DNA of 55,423 bases from Thermoanaerobaculia bacterium (GTDB lineage: Bacteria; Acidobacteriota; Thermoanaerobaculia; Multivoradales; UBA5704). The stretch is from contig DATDGZ010000306.1 in the NCBI GenBank assembly GCA_036521795.1, positions 1 through 55,423 on the forward strand, given 5' to 3'. Numbering within the stretch: the stretch's first letter is position 1; each line of letters opens with the position of its first letter. The position numbers and the translations under genes are program-made. The notes under the pieces were generated by a model, which was not told the DNA's origin, searched no databases, and was given only the letters and a program-made list of their open reading frames with translations. This document shows positions 36,490-43,900 of the stretch, one piece after another.

Positions 36490-37365
36490 ATGGAAGTCCC
36501 CTCTGTCAGCCAGCCGGCCGTTCGCACCGTCGAGATTGCGCCGCCTTCGGCGCGCGCCGAGACCTGGAACGTGTTGCGGGCGGCGGCGCTGATCCTGCTG
36601 GCGACGTGGATCTACATCGCCGACACCGCGGCTCCCGCCGGGAGCGGGACGGGAGGGGCGGCGCCGGGCTCGCCGCGGGAGTCCGGGGCGCCGGGGCTGG
36701 CCGGCGCGTCGGGACGGGGCGGGGTGACGGGCGCCGACGCGCGCGACCTGATGCCCTATCAGCGGCTGTTCCGGGGCCTTGACGGCGAGGACCAGCGGCT
36801 GTTCCGCGAGCTGCAGGAGGGGTTGCTCGAGGCCGAGAACGCACGCTCCTCGACGCGCCGCTGGCCCGCTCCAGGGACGCTAGCCGGTCGGGGCATCCCG
36901 CCCTTCGCCGATGCCGCAGGGCGCGGCGGCCGGCGGTTCTACCGCTGGCAGCTGCGCCAGGAGGGCCCGATCGTGAACTATCTCGGCCTGCCGGCAGATC
37001 GCCGCGATCCGGCCTTCCTGTTGCTGGTGCAGGAGCCTGATCCGGGGGCTTCGGCGGACGGATCGCTGCCGGGTGGGCCGGCAGGCGGCGCCGGGCCGGC
37101 CCAGGGAGCGCGAGCGATCACCGGCGCCGCGGCCGTCGCCGGTGCCGCCGGTGCGCAAGCGACGGACGAGGTGCACCACCGGCTGGCGGACGGGACCTTG
37201 CTCCATGTCTCGGTCTGGCTTCGCGAGGCGCCGGCGGCAGCGGCAGGGGCCGGCGCGGCGGGCCGGCCCGTGGCGGCGGACGACGCCGGCCGCGATGCCG
37301 GGGTGATCGCCGTGCCTTACGCTCGGGGTTGGACCCAGGTGCTGGTCGGCGCGACGCGGCAGTGA
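36490..37365 (+). CDS. Hypothetical membrane-anchored protein upstream of the metal ABC transporter
   Basis: 291-aa ORF with one TM helix (WNVLRAAALILLATWIYIA), a Gly/Ala-rich linker, then YQRLFRGLDGEDQRLFRELQEGLLEAENARSS...FYRWQLRQEGPIVNYLGLP. High GC3 is consistent with coding. No domain recognised. Confidence 0.55.
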   Translation: MEVPSVSQPAVRTVEIAPPSARAETWNVLRAAALILLATWIYIADTAAPAGSGTGGAAPGSPRESGAPGLAGASGRGGVTGADARDLMPYQRLFRGLDGEDQRLFRELQEGLLEAENARSSTRRWPAPGTLAGRGIPPFADAAGRGGRRFYRWQLRQEGPIVNYLGLPADRRDPAFLLLVQEPDPGASADGSLPGGPAGGAGPAQGARAITGAAAVAGAAGAQATDEVHHRLADGTLLHVSVWLREAPAAAAGAGAAGRPVAADDAGRDAGVIAVPYARGWTQVLVGATRQ

Positions 37366-37408
37366 GGGGCGGTGAGCGGTCACGGTCGATGAGGGACGAT
37401 GACGGGCC

Positions 37409-38476
37409 ATGAGGAAGGAGGCTGCCGAGATGCGTGAGTTGCGGTTCCGCCGCCGATGCGGCGCTCGCGGTGCCCTGGCCGGCGCGGCCCTGCTCGCCCT
37501 GCCGGCCCTCCTGGCCCTGCCGGCAGTCTACGGCGGCGCGGCGCTCGCTGCCGCAGCCATCGCGGCGGCGCCGCCAGCCGCGGCGCGGACGGCGGCCGGG
37601 GCGGCCAGGGCGCCCGGCTCGGGGCCGGCGCTGGTGATCGGGGTGACCCTGCACCCTTATTACTCGTGGACCCGCAACATCGTGGGCGACCTTCCAGGCT
37701 TCGAGGTGCGCCCGATCCTGCCCGGAGAGATCGACGCCGGCGACTACCAGCCGCGGCCGGAGGACATCCGGAAGCTGGCCGATCTCGACGCCCTCGTGGT
37801 CAACGGGATCGGGCACGACGACTTCATCTTCCCCATGCTGCGGGCGTCGGGGAACCGCAAGGTCGTCGTCATCCGGCCCAATGACGCGACGCCGCAGATC
37901 CGCTCGGCGCACGGCACGGCGGTCAACTCCCACACCTTCATCTCGTTCACCAACGCGGTGCAGCAGACCTATGCCATCGAGAAGGCGCTGGCGGCGCTGC
38001 GGCCTGCCGCGGCTCCCGCGCTGCAGCGCAACGCCGAAGCGTACGCGCGGCGCCTGCGCCTGATCAAGGCGCGCGCCGCGGCGAAGCTCGCCGACGCCAC
38101 GATCACGCGCGTGGTCACCGTGCACGACGGCTATGGCTACCTGCTGCAGGAGTTCGGCCTGGAGGTGGCCGGCGTGGTGCAGCCGGCGCACGGCTTGACA
38201 CCCTCGGCGGCAGAGCTGCGCGACATGATCGAGCTGGTGCGCCGCGAGCGGATCCGGGTGGTGTTCAGCGAGGAGAGCTTCCCGCCGCAGCTGCTCGCGG
38301 TGCTGCGCGGCGAGACCGGAGTGCGGGTCTACACCATCAGCCACATCGCCTCGGGCGCCTATACCGCCGACAAGTTCGAGCAGGAGATGCAGCGCAACGT
38401 CGACACCATGATCGAGGCGCTGGTCCCTGCGCTGCGCCGCGCCGCGCCGCATCGCGCCGCATCTCCGCATGGCTGA
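37409..38476 (+). CDS. Metal (Zn/Mn) ABC transporter substrate-binding protein, ZnuA/TroA family
   Basis: The RFRRR-containing signal is Tat-like. VIGVTLHPYYSWTRNIVGD, DALVVNGIGHDDF, NSHTFIS, TVHDGYGYLLQEFGL and VVFSEESFPP are the ZnuA/TroA cluster-9 pattern. Confidence 0.85.
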   Translation: MRKEAAEMRELRFRRRCGARGALAGAALLALPALLALPAVYGGAALAAAAIAAAPPAAARTAAGAARAPGSGPALVIGVTLHPYYSWTRNIVGDLPGFEVRPILPGEIDAGDYQPRPEDIRKLADLDALVVNGIGHDDFIFPMLRASGNRKVVVIRPNDATPQIRSAHGTAVNSHTFISFTNAVQQTYAIEKALAALRPAAAPALQRNAEAYARRLRLIKARAAAKLADATITRVVTVHDGYGYLLQEFGLEVAGVVQPAHGLTPSAAELRDMIELVRRERIRVVFSEESFPPQLLAVLRGETGVRVYTISHIASGAYTADKFEQEMQRNVDTMIEALVPALRRAAPHRAASPHG

Positions 38477-39257
38477 GCCGGCGGTCCGTCTGGCCGGCGC
38501 AGCGGCCGGGCCGCCGCGGGGCGGGTCACCGGCAGGCGCGCCGCTGCTCGAGATGCGCGACCTGTGGGTGCGGCGCGGGGGCGAGGCGCTGCTCGAGCGG
38601 GTGAGCCTGACGGTCGCGCGCGGCACGTTGCACGTGCTGGTCGGCCCCAACGGCGCCGGCAAGAGCACCCTGCTCGCCGCCATCCTCGGCCAGATCGACT
38701 TCGCCGGACGGATCGTGGCGCATTGGCGCGGCGACGGCCGCATCGGGCTGGTGCCCCAGAGCTTCGCCGTCGACCGCACCCTGCCGGTGACGGTGGCCGA
38801 TTTCCTCGCTCTCACCCGCCAGCGCCGGCCGGTGTGCCTGGGGATCGCGGCAGCGACGCGGGCCAGGGTGGCGGCGCTGCTGGCGCGCGTCGGCCTCGCC
38901 GGCGCCGAGGGCAAGGCGCTCTCCGTGCTCTCCGGCGGCGAGCTGCGGCGGGTGCTGCTGGCGCACGCCCTCGACCCGCTCCCCGAGCTCCTGCTGCTCG
39001 ACGAACCGGCAAGCGGCCTCGACGAGGAAGCGGTGCGGCGGCTCGAGCAGCTGCTGGTGGCGCTCTGTCGCGGCGAGGGGGTGACGGTGCTGATGGTGTC
39101 GCACGACCTCGCGCAGGTGCGCCGGCTGGCAGACCGCGTCACGGTGCTCGCCCGGACGGTCCGCGCGGACGGGCCGACCGCCGACGTGCTGGCCGGCGGG
39201 CAGGCGCTGGTTGAGTTGGTGGGGCTGCCGGGGTCGCCGGCAGGCATCGGTCACTGA
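38469..39257 (+). CDS. Metal ABC transporter ATP-binding protein (ZnuC-like)
   Basis: Walker A GPNGAGKST, signature LSGGELRR and Walker B LLLLDEPASGLD. Overlaps the SBP stop by 8 nt. Confidence 0.9.
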   Translation: MAEPAVRLAGAAAGPPRGGSPAGAPLLEMRDLWVRRGGEALLERVSLTVARGTLHVLVGPNGAGKSTLLAAILGQIDFAGRIVAHWRGDGRIGLVPQSFAVDRTLPVTVADFLALTRQRRPVCLGIAAATRARVAALLARVGLAGAEGKALSVLSGGELRRVLLAHALDPLPELLLLDEPASGLDEEAVRRLEQLLVALCRGEGVTVLMVSHDLAQVRRLADRVTVLARTVRADGPTADVLAGGQALVELVGLPGSPAGIGH

Positions 39258-39271
39258 GACGAGGTGACGGT

Positions 39272-40180
39272 GTGAGCGAGCGCTTCTACGAGTGGATCGC
39301 GGAGCTGGCACGGTCCGGGAGGCTGCCGTCCGACTTCCAGTATCCGTTCATGGTGCGCGGTTTCCTGGCGGTGCTGGTGCTGGCGCCGCTGCTCGGCGGC
39401 CTGTCCCACCTGGTGGTGGCGCGGCGCATGGCCTTCTTCAGCGCCGCGCTCGGGCAGGCGGCGCTCACCGGGCTGTCGATCGGATTGCTCGCCGGCGAAC
39501 CGCTGAACGCGCCGTACGGCGGCATCTTCGGCTTCTGCCTGCTGTCGGCGCTGGGCATGGTGTACGTCAAGCGGCGCTCGGCCTTGCCGCCGGACACCCT
39601 GATCGGGGTCTTCCTCGCCCTGACGCTGGGACTGGGAATCTGCCTGCTGGTGGCGGTCACGCGGCGCTTCAACATCCACCAGGTGGAGTCGGTGATGTTC
39701 GGCAGCCTGCTCACGGTCACCGACGGCGACCTGGTGCTGCTGGCGGCGGCGGGGCTGTGGGTGGCGGCGCTCATGGTGCGCGAGTACAACGGGATGCTGC
39801 TCGACAGCCTCAGCCCGCCGCTCGCCGGCGTGGCGGGGGTGGATTCGGCGTGGGTCGAGTACCTGTTCGCGGTGCTCCTCACCACGGCGATCGTGGTCGG
39901 CCTCAAGGTCATCGGCGCGCTGCTGGTCGAGGCGCTGGTGGTGGTGCCGGCGGCAGCGGCCCGCAACCTGGCGCGCGGCACCCGCGCCTACCTGCTGCTG
40001 AGCATCGCGGTGGCCTTCCTGGCCGGCGCCGGCGGCCTCGGCATCTCGACGCGGCTGCTGGTGCCGACCGGCGGCGCGGTGGTCCTGGCGGCGAGCCTGC
40101 TCTTCTTCGCCACCCTCGGCGTCGGCGCGCTCCGCCAGCGCCGCGGCGCCCGCGACCGGCGCGCGGCGGCGGAGCGCTGA
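39272..40180 (+). CDS. Metal ABC transporter permease (ZnuB-like)
   Basis: GTG start. FMVRGFLAVLVLAPLLGGLSHLVVARRMAFFSAALGQAALTGLSIGLL is typical of the ABC-3 family, with about 8 TM helices. Confidence 0.88.
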   Translation: MSERFYEWIAELARSGRLPSDFQYPFMVRGFLAVLVLAPLLGGLSHLVVARRMAFFSAALGQAALTGLSIGLLAGEPLNAPYGGIFGFCLLSALGMVYVKRRSALPPDTLIGVFLALTLGLGICLLVAVTRRFNIHQVESVMFGSLLTVTDGDLVLLAAAGLWVAALMVREYNGMLLDSLSPPLAGVAGVDSAWVEYLFAVLLTTAIVVGLKVIGALLVEALVVVPAAAARNLARGTRAYLLLSIAVAFLAGAGGLGISTRLLVPTGGAVVLAASLLFFATLGVGALRQRRGARDRRAAAER

Positions 40181-40196
40181 GCGCCGGTCCGGCCGG

Positions 40197-40475
40197 TCAT
40201 GATCCGGGCAGCGCGCGCCGCGGCGGGTCGCCCGGCGGCTCGATACCGAAGACCACGTGCCAGTAGGCCCAGGAGCGTGGATCGAAGAGCCCCGGCGGCG
40301 GCTTAGCCAGGACGGCGCGGAAGGCGCTCGACGGAAAGTGCCGGCGTGCCACGGCGAGATCCTCGGGCGTGCCGTAGACCATGACGCGCGCGAGCAGGCG
40401 CTCCCGGTCCCGCAGCGTCGCCGCCGCCGGCTGCCACCAGACGAGACGGCCGGCCAGGTTCTCGAGGTCGGTCAC
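40197..40475 (-). CDS. Small protein translationally coupled to the nucleotidyltransferase (putative cognate partner/antitoxin)
   Basis: The GTG start overlaps the upstream TGA (GTGA). The product VTDLENLAGRLVWWQPAAATLRDRERLLARVMVYGTPEDLAVARRHF...LAKPPPGLFDPRSWAYWHVVFGI resembles small proteins I have seen next to DUF1814-type transferases. The family name is not certain. Confidence 0.55.
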   Translation of the reverse strand: MTDLENLAGRLVWWQPAAATLRDRERLLARVMVYGTPEDLAVARRHFPSSAFRAVLAKPPPGLFDPRSWAYWHVVFGIEPPGDPPRRALPGS

Positions 40476-41134
40476 GGTGCGATGCCTCCAGGCAGGGGTC
40501 GAACCTCGGGGATCTGGAGCGGGTCGACCCGGCTCACCGCCTCCGCCAGTCGAGCGCGGACGTCGTGGGATAGCGATAGCAGATCGCCGTCGCCGAAGTA
40601 ACAGAGGGCCTTCAGGCTGGGCAGCGGGTTGAAGGTCGGACCGTAGACGGCGCCCGCCGCGCCGAGAGCTTCCGCCAGGCCGATCCCATGCTCGAGAAGG
40701 TGGCTGACGTCGAGATAGTCCTTGCTCTCGGCGCGGTCCTGCACGACTTTCACCTTGGTCGCCGCGAGGTCCAGCGGCGAGGCGATGCGAAGTCCGGGCA
40801 GGCCCTCGACGGTGTCCGGATCGCGCACGCGCCGCAAGCCGAGGCCGCCGAAGAAGGAGACTTGGACCGGTCCGCCGCGCTCGACCCGCGAGACCAGGGT
40901 GTTGGGAGAAGACTGCAGGCGGACGGCGCCGCGGAGGAAGGGGACCTCCGCCTCGAGCTCGGGCGGTGAGAAGGGGTGGTTGGCGAAGAAGTCGAAGTCT
41001 TCCGAGCTCCGATGCTCGAACCTGAGCGCGAGCGCCGTGCCGCCGTAGAGCACGAACCCGCGCGGCACATCGCCGAGCTCCTCCCACAGGCGCCGCTGCG
41101 CGGGCGGCAAGGTGCCAAGCTTTGCCCGGTACAT
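40472..41134 (-). CDS. AbiEii/AbiGii-like (DUF1814-type) nucleotidyltransferase
   Basis: MYRAKLGTLPPAQRRLWEELGDVPRGFVLYGGTALALRFEHRSSEDFDFF is the GGTAL...HR.S.D.DFF transferase motif, with LDLAATKVKVVQDRAESKDYLDV further on. It is 220 aa, taken from the 3' part of track ORF 40472..42841. The start is set to the track frame and may be off by 1 nt. Confidence 0.7.
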   Translation of the reverse strand: MYRAKLGTLPPAQRRLWEELGDVPRGFVLYGGTALALRFEHRSSEDFDFFANHPFSPPELEAEVPFLRGAVRLQSSPNTLVSRVERGGPVQVSFFGGLGLRRVRDPDTVEGLPGLRIASPLDLAATKVKVVQDRAESKDYLDVSHLLEHGIGLAEALGAAGAVYGPTFNPLPSLKALCYFGDGDLLSLSHDVRARLAEAVSRVDPLQIPEVRPLPGGIAP

Positions 41135-41242
41135 GATGATCCCGCTCCCGGTCCCGCGGAAGCCTACCATCAGTCGGCAGGTCCGGCGGCTGCTATGCTT
41201 GGCCCGGGCGGCGTGCCGCGCCGTCGGTTGGAGGACGTTGCG

Positions 41243-42817
41243 ATGGGCGATCCGGCCACCCTGCGGGTGGTGGTGTTGAAGCCGAGCAAGTATGCGGCCG
41301 ACGGTTACGTCGAGCGCTTCCGGCGGGGCTTCATGCCGAACGCCACGGTCGCCTACCTGCGCAGCTTGACGCCGGCGGCGGGCGGGCCGGCGGCGCGCGC
41401 CGTGCACGCCGTCGACGAGTACGTCCACACCGATCTCGACTACCTGTCGCTGCTGCGGCGCGAACCCGGCCGGCGCACGCTGCTCGCGCTGGTCGGGGTG
41501 CAGAGCCACCAGCTGCACCGGGCGCTGGACCTCGCGGCCTACGCGCTGGCCCAAGGCGTCGAGGGCTGCGTCGTCGGCGGGCCGCACCCGATGACCTGCG
41601 ACACCTCGATGCTGCAGGGGCGCGGAGTGAGCTTCGCGCTGGCCGAGGCGGAGCGGGTCTGGCCGGAGATCCTGCGCGACGCGGCCGCCGGCGAGCTGCG
41701 GCCGGTCTATGGCGGCGAGCGGCGCTGGCAGCAGGAGCTCGGCGCGGACAGCGTGCCGGTGCTCGAGCCGCCCTCGCGGCGCGACCTCTCGCGCTACGTC
41801 GTGCGCATGCTCGGGGTCTATCCGGCTCGCGGCTGTCCCTTCACCTGCAACTTCTGCTCGGTGATCAAGATCGCGGGCCGGCAGGTGCGCAGCGAGCCGC
41901 TCGCGGTCACCCTCGCCACCTTGCGCGCCGCCAAGGCGGCCGGGGTGCGCTACATCATGTTCACCTCCGACAACTTCAACAAGGTGCCGGAGGTGGGGAC
42001 GCTGCTCGACGCGATGATCGAGGAGCGGCTCGAGCTGCCGTTCTTCGCCCAGTGCGACGCGCAGATCTACCGCCAGGAGGAGCTGGTGGAGCGCATGGCG
42101 CGCGCGGGATGCTTCCAGATGTTCGTCGGCGTCGAGTCGTTCCGCCGCGCCACGCTTGCCGAGGCGCACAAGCTGCAGAACCAGCCGCGGCACTACGCGC
42201 GCATCGTCGAGCTGTGCCGCGCCCACGGCATCTCCAGCCACTTCTCGAACATCCTCGGCTTCCCCGGCGACACCGCGGCCGGCATCGACCAGCACCTGCG
42301 CGCCCTGCAGGCGCTGCGCCCCGACGTGGCGTCGTTCTACGTCCTGACGCCGATCCCCGGCACCGAGCAGTACGACGACTTCCTGGCGCAGGGGCTGATC
42401 ACCGAGCCGAACCTGGACCGCTTCGACGGCGCGACCCTCAACTGGCGGCACCCGCGGCTGTCCGCCGCCGAGCTCGAGCGCGAGCTGTTCCGCTGTTACC
42501 GCGAATACTACGCCGTGCCGGCGGTCGCCTCTCGCCTCGCCCACCTGGCACGCATGCCGCGCGACTTCCGCGCCGCCGGTCGCCTCTCCTCGGTGTTCGG
42601 CTACGCGGTGCAGTCTCGCCTCGCGGCGCGCCGCCGCACGCACCCGATGGCCGGCGGCGTCGGCCGCGTGCGCCGCGACCGCGCCGCCGACTATGCCGCC
42701 CTGCGCCGCGCCCGCTTCGACTGCGACCTGGCGCCCCTGCCGCACAGCCTCTCCCTGTCCGCCGCCGACGAAGCGCTGAACCGCCGCGCGAAGCTGCCGA
42801 TCGCGCGCGGGGCCTGA
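41243..42817 (+). CDS. B12-binding domain-containing radical SAM protein
   Basis: The N-terminal Rossmann-like part is LRVVVLKPSKY...LALVGVQSHQLHRALDLA. The radical SAM cluster is YPARGCPFTCNFCS (CxxxCxxC), followed by TSDNF, VGVESF and SNILGFPGDT. Confidence 0.8.
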   Translation: MGDPATLRVVVLKPSKYAADGYVERFRRGFMPNATVAYLRSLTPAAGGPAARAVHAVDEYVHTDLDYLSLLRREPGRRTLLALVGVQSHQLHRALDLAAYALAQGVEGCVVGGPHPMTCDTSMLQGRGVSFALAEAERVWPEILRDAAAGELRPVYGGERRWQQELGADSVPVLEPPSRRDLSRYVVRMLGVYPARGCPFTCNFCSVIKIAGRQVRSEPLAVTLATLRAAKAAGVRYIMFTSDNFNKVPEVGTLLDAMIEERLELPFFAQCDAQIYRQEELVERMARAGCFQMFVGVESFRRATLAEAHKLQNQPRHYARIVELCRAHGISSHFSNILGFPGDTAAGIDQHLRALQALRPDVASFYVLTPIPGTEQYDDFLAQGLITEPNLDRFDGATLNWRHPRLSAAELERELFRCYREYYAVPAVASRLAHLARMPRDFRAAGRLSSVFGYAVQSRLAARRRTHPMAGGVGRVRRDRAADYAALRRARFDCDLAPLPHSLSLSAADEALNRRAKLPIARGA

Positions 42818-42870
42818 GTCGCCGGTCCGGATGGGTTCCAATGCATCAGTGCGCTCAAATATCGAAATTC

Positions 42871-42899
42871 TTGACGCCTCCAGGCATATGAATTAGCAT
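42871..42899 (+). promoter_or_regulatory. Sigma70-like promoter candidate (TTGACG-N17-TAGCAT) placing the TSS at or next to the vapB ATG (leaderless)
   Basis: TTGACGcctccaggcatatgaatTAGCATatttcttATG. There is no SD before the ATG at 42907. An ATATG-N6-CATAT partial palindrome overlaps the spacer and -10. Confidence 0.4.
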
Positions 42900-42906
42900 A
42901 TTTCTT

Positions 42907-43101
42907 ATGCGAACCACGCTTGACATCCCAGAGAGCCTCATCGAGGAGGCGCGCCAGCTTCTCGGCTTCAAATCGAAGACGGACACGGTGGTGCTCTCGC
43001 TGCAGGAGCTGATTCGCAGGCGGCGGATCGAAGAGCTCAAGTCGTTGATGGGCGCCGTCAAGCTGGAGATCGATCTCCCGCGGTCCCGCCGCCGCTCGTG
43101 A
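42907..43101 (+). CDS. vapB: Type II antitoxin, VapB family (DUF2191-like)
   Basis: [44 protein letters not shown] is the classic 'MRTTLDIDD.LL..A' antitoxin pattern. 4-nt overlap with the PIN gene. Confidence 0.85.
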   Translation: MRTTLDIPESLIEEARQLLGFKSKTDTVVLSLQELIRRRRIEELKSLMGAVKLEIDLPRSRRRS

Positions 43102-43499
43102 TCTTCGTCGACACCTCGGTGTGGGTGGCCGCCTTACGATCCGCGACCGGAGTCGAAGCCGAGAACCTGCGACGCCTACTGGACCTCGACGCGGTCGCCC
43201 TGGCGGCGCCCGTCAGGGTGGAGATCCTGGCCGGGGCTTCGACCGGGGACCGGGCGCGGCTGCGCCGCCTGCTCTCCGCGATCCCGACCTTCTACCCCAC
43301 GGCAGCCACCTGGGAGCGCCTCGAGTCGTGGCTCGAGCGGGCGGCGGCCGGCGGCGAGCATTTCGGCTTCGCCGACCTCTTGATCGGAGCGCTCGCCGTG
43401 GAGCATGGCGGCCGCCTCTGGTCGCTCGACTCGGACTTCCGGAGGATGGCCAGGCTCGGCCTCGTCGAGCTGTTCGTGCCGGCGTCGTCCGGCGCGTAG
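43098..43499 (+). CDS. vapC: PIN-domain ribonuclease toxin VapC
   Basis: [13 protein letters not shown] holds the first acidic residue, with [32 protein letters not shown] further on. 133 aa. Confidence 0.88.
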   Translation: MIFVDTSVWVAALRSATGVEAENLRRLLDLDAVALAAPVRVEILAGASTGDRARLRRLLSAIPTFYPTAATWERLESWLERAAAGGEHFGFADLLIGALAVEHGGRLWSLDSDFRRMARLGLVELFVPASSGA

Positions 43500-43900
43500 G
43501 CAGCCGGCGCCAGCGCCCGGACGCGCTACACCTGCTCAGGCTCCTGGGGGGCGACCTCGAGCTCGTAGACGAAGCGCGAGCCGTGGACCGCGCGCGCGCG
43601 CCAGCTGTGCGGACGTGGGATATCGGGATATCGGTGCCGCCGCATCCCGGACCCCGTTGTAGTAACGTAAAGAGCACGTCGCGCGGAGGCAAGCCCACCT
43701 TGAAACCGCCCGCGGCGGGCGGCTCGACGTGGACTCCAGCGCCGTCTATCGCATCGAGCACTCGCGGCATGTCTCGAGACGCGCCACCGATGACGGGCCA
43801 CTGGGCCACCCGGCGCGAGGAGGCGCTCCGGTGACGGACAGCCGCGATCCCCGGCGCCCTGCCGACCCCCCTGCCGATCCCGAAGGGTCGCGCGGCGGCG

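Noticed and set aside
40633-41243. Apparent 1-nt disagreement between my manual base counting of the printed sequence and the ORF-track coordinates in this stretch.
   Set aside because: The track protein is continuous and motif-bearing, so I treat this as my own reading error, not a real frameshift or pseudogene. Coordinates consistent with the track frame were used.
43526-43800. Possible minus-strand gene remnant between vapC and the kinase: MPRVLDAIDGAGVHVEPPAAGGFKVGLPPRDVLFTLLQRG in one frame, then RRHRYPDIPRPHSWRARAVHGSRFVYELEVAPQEPEQV in another.
   Set aside because: It needs a frameshift to join, has no recognisable domain or SD, and is short. It may be a decayed gene fragment, but I cannot support a call. 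It is worth a BLASTX check only.
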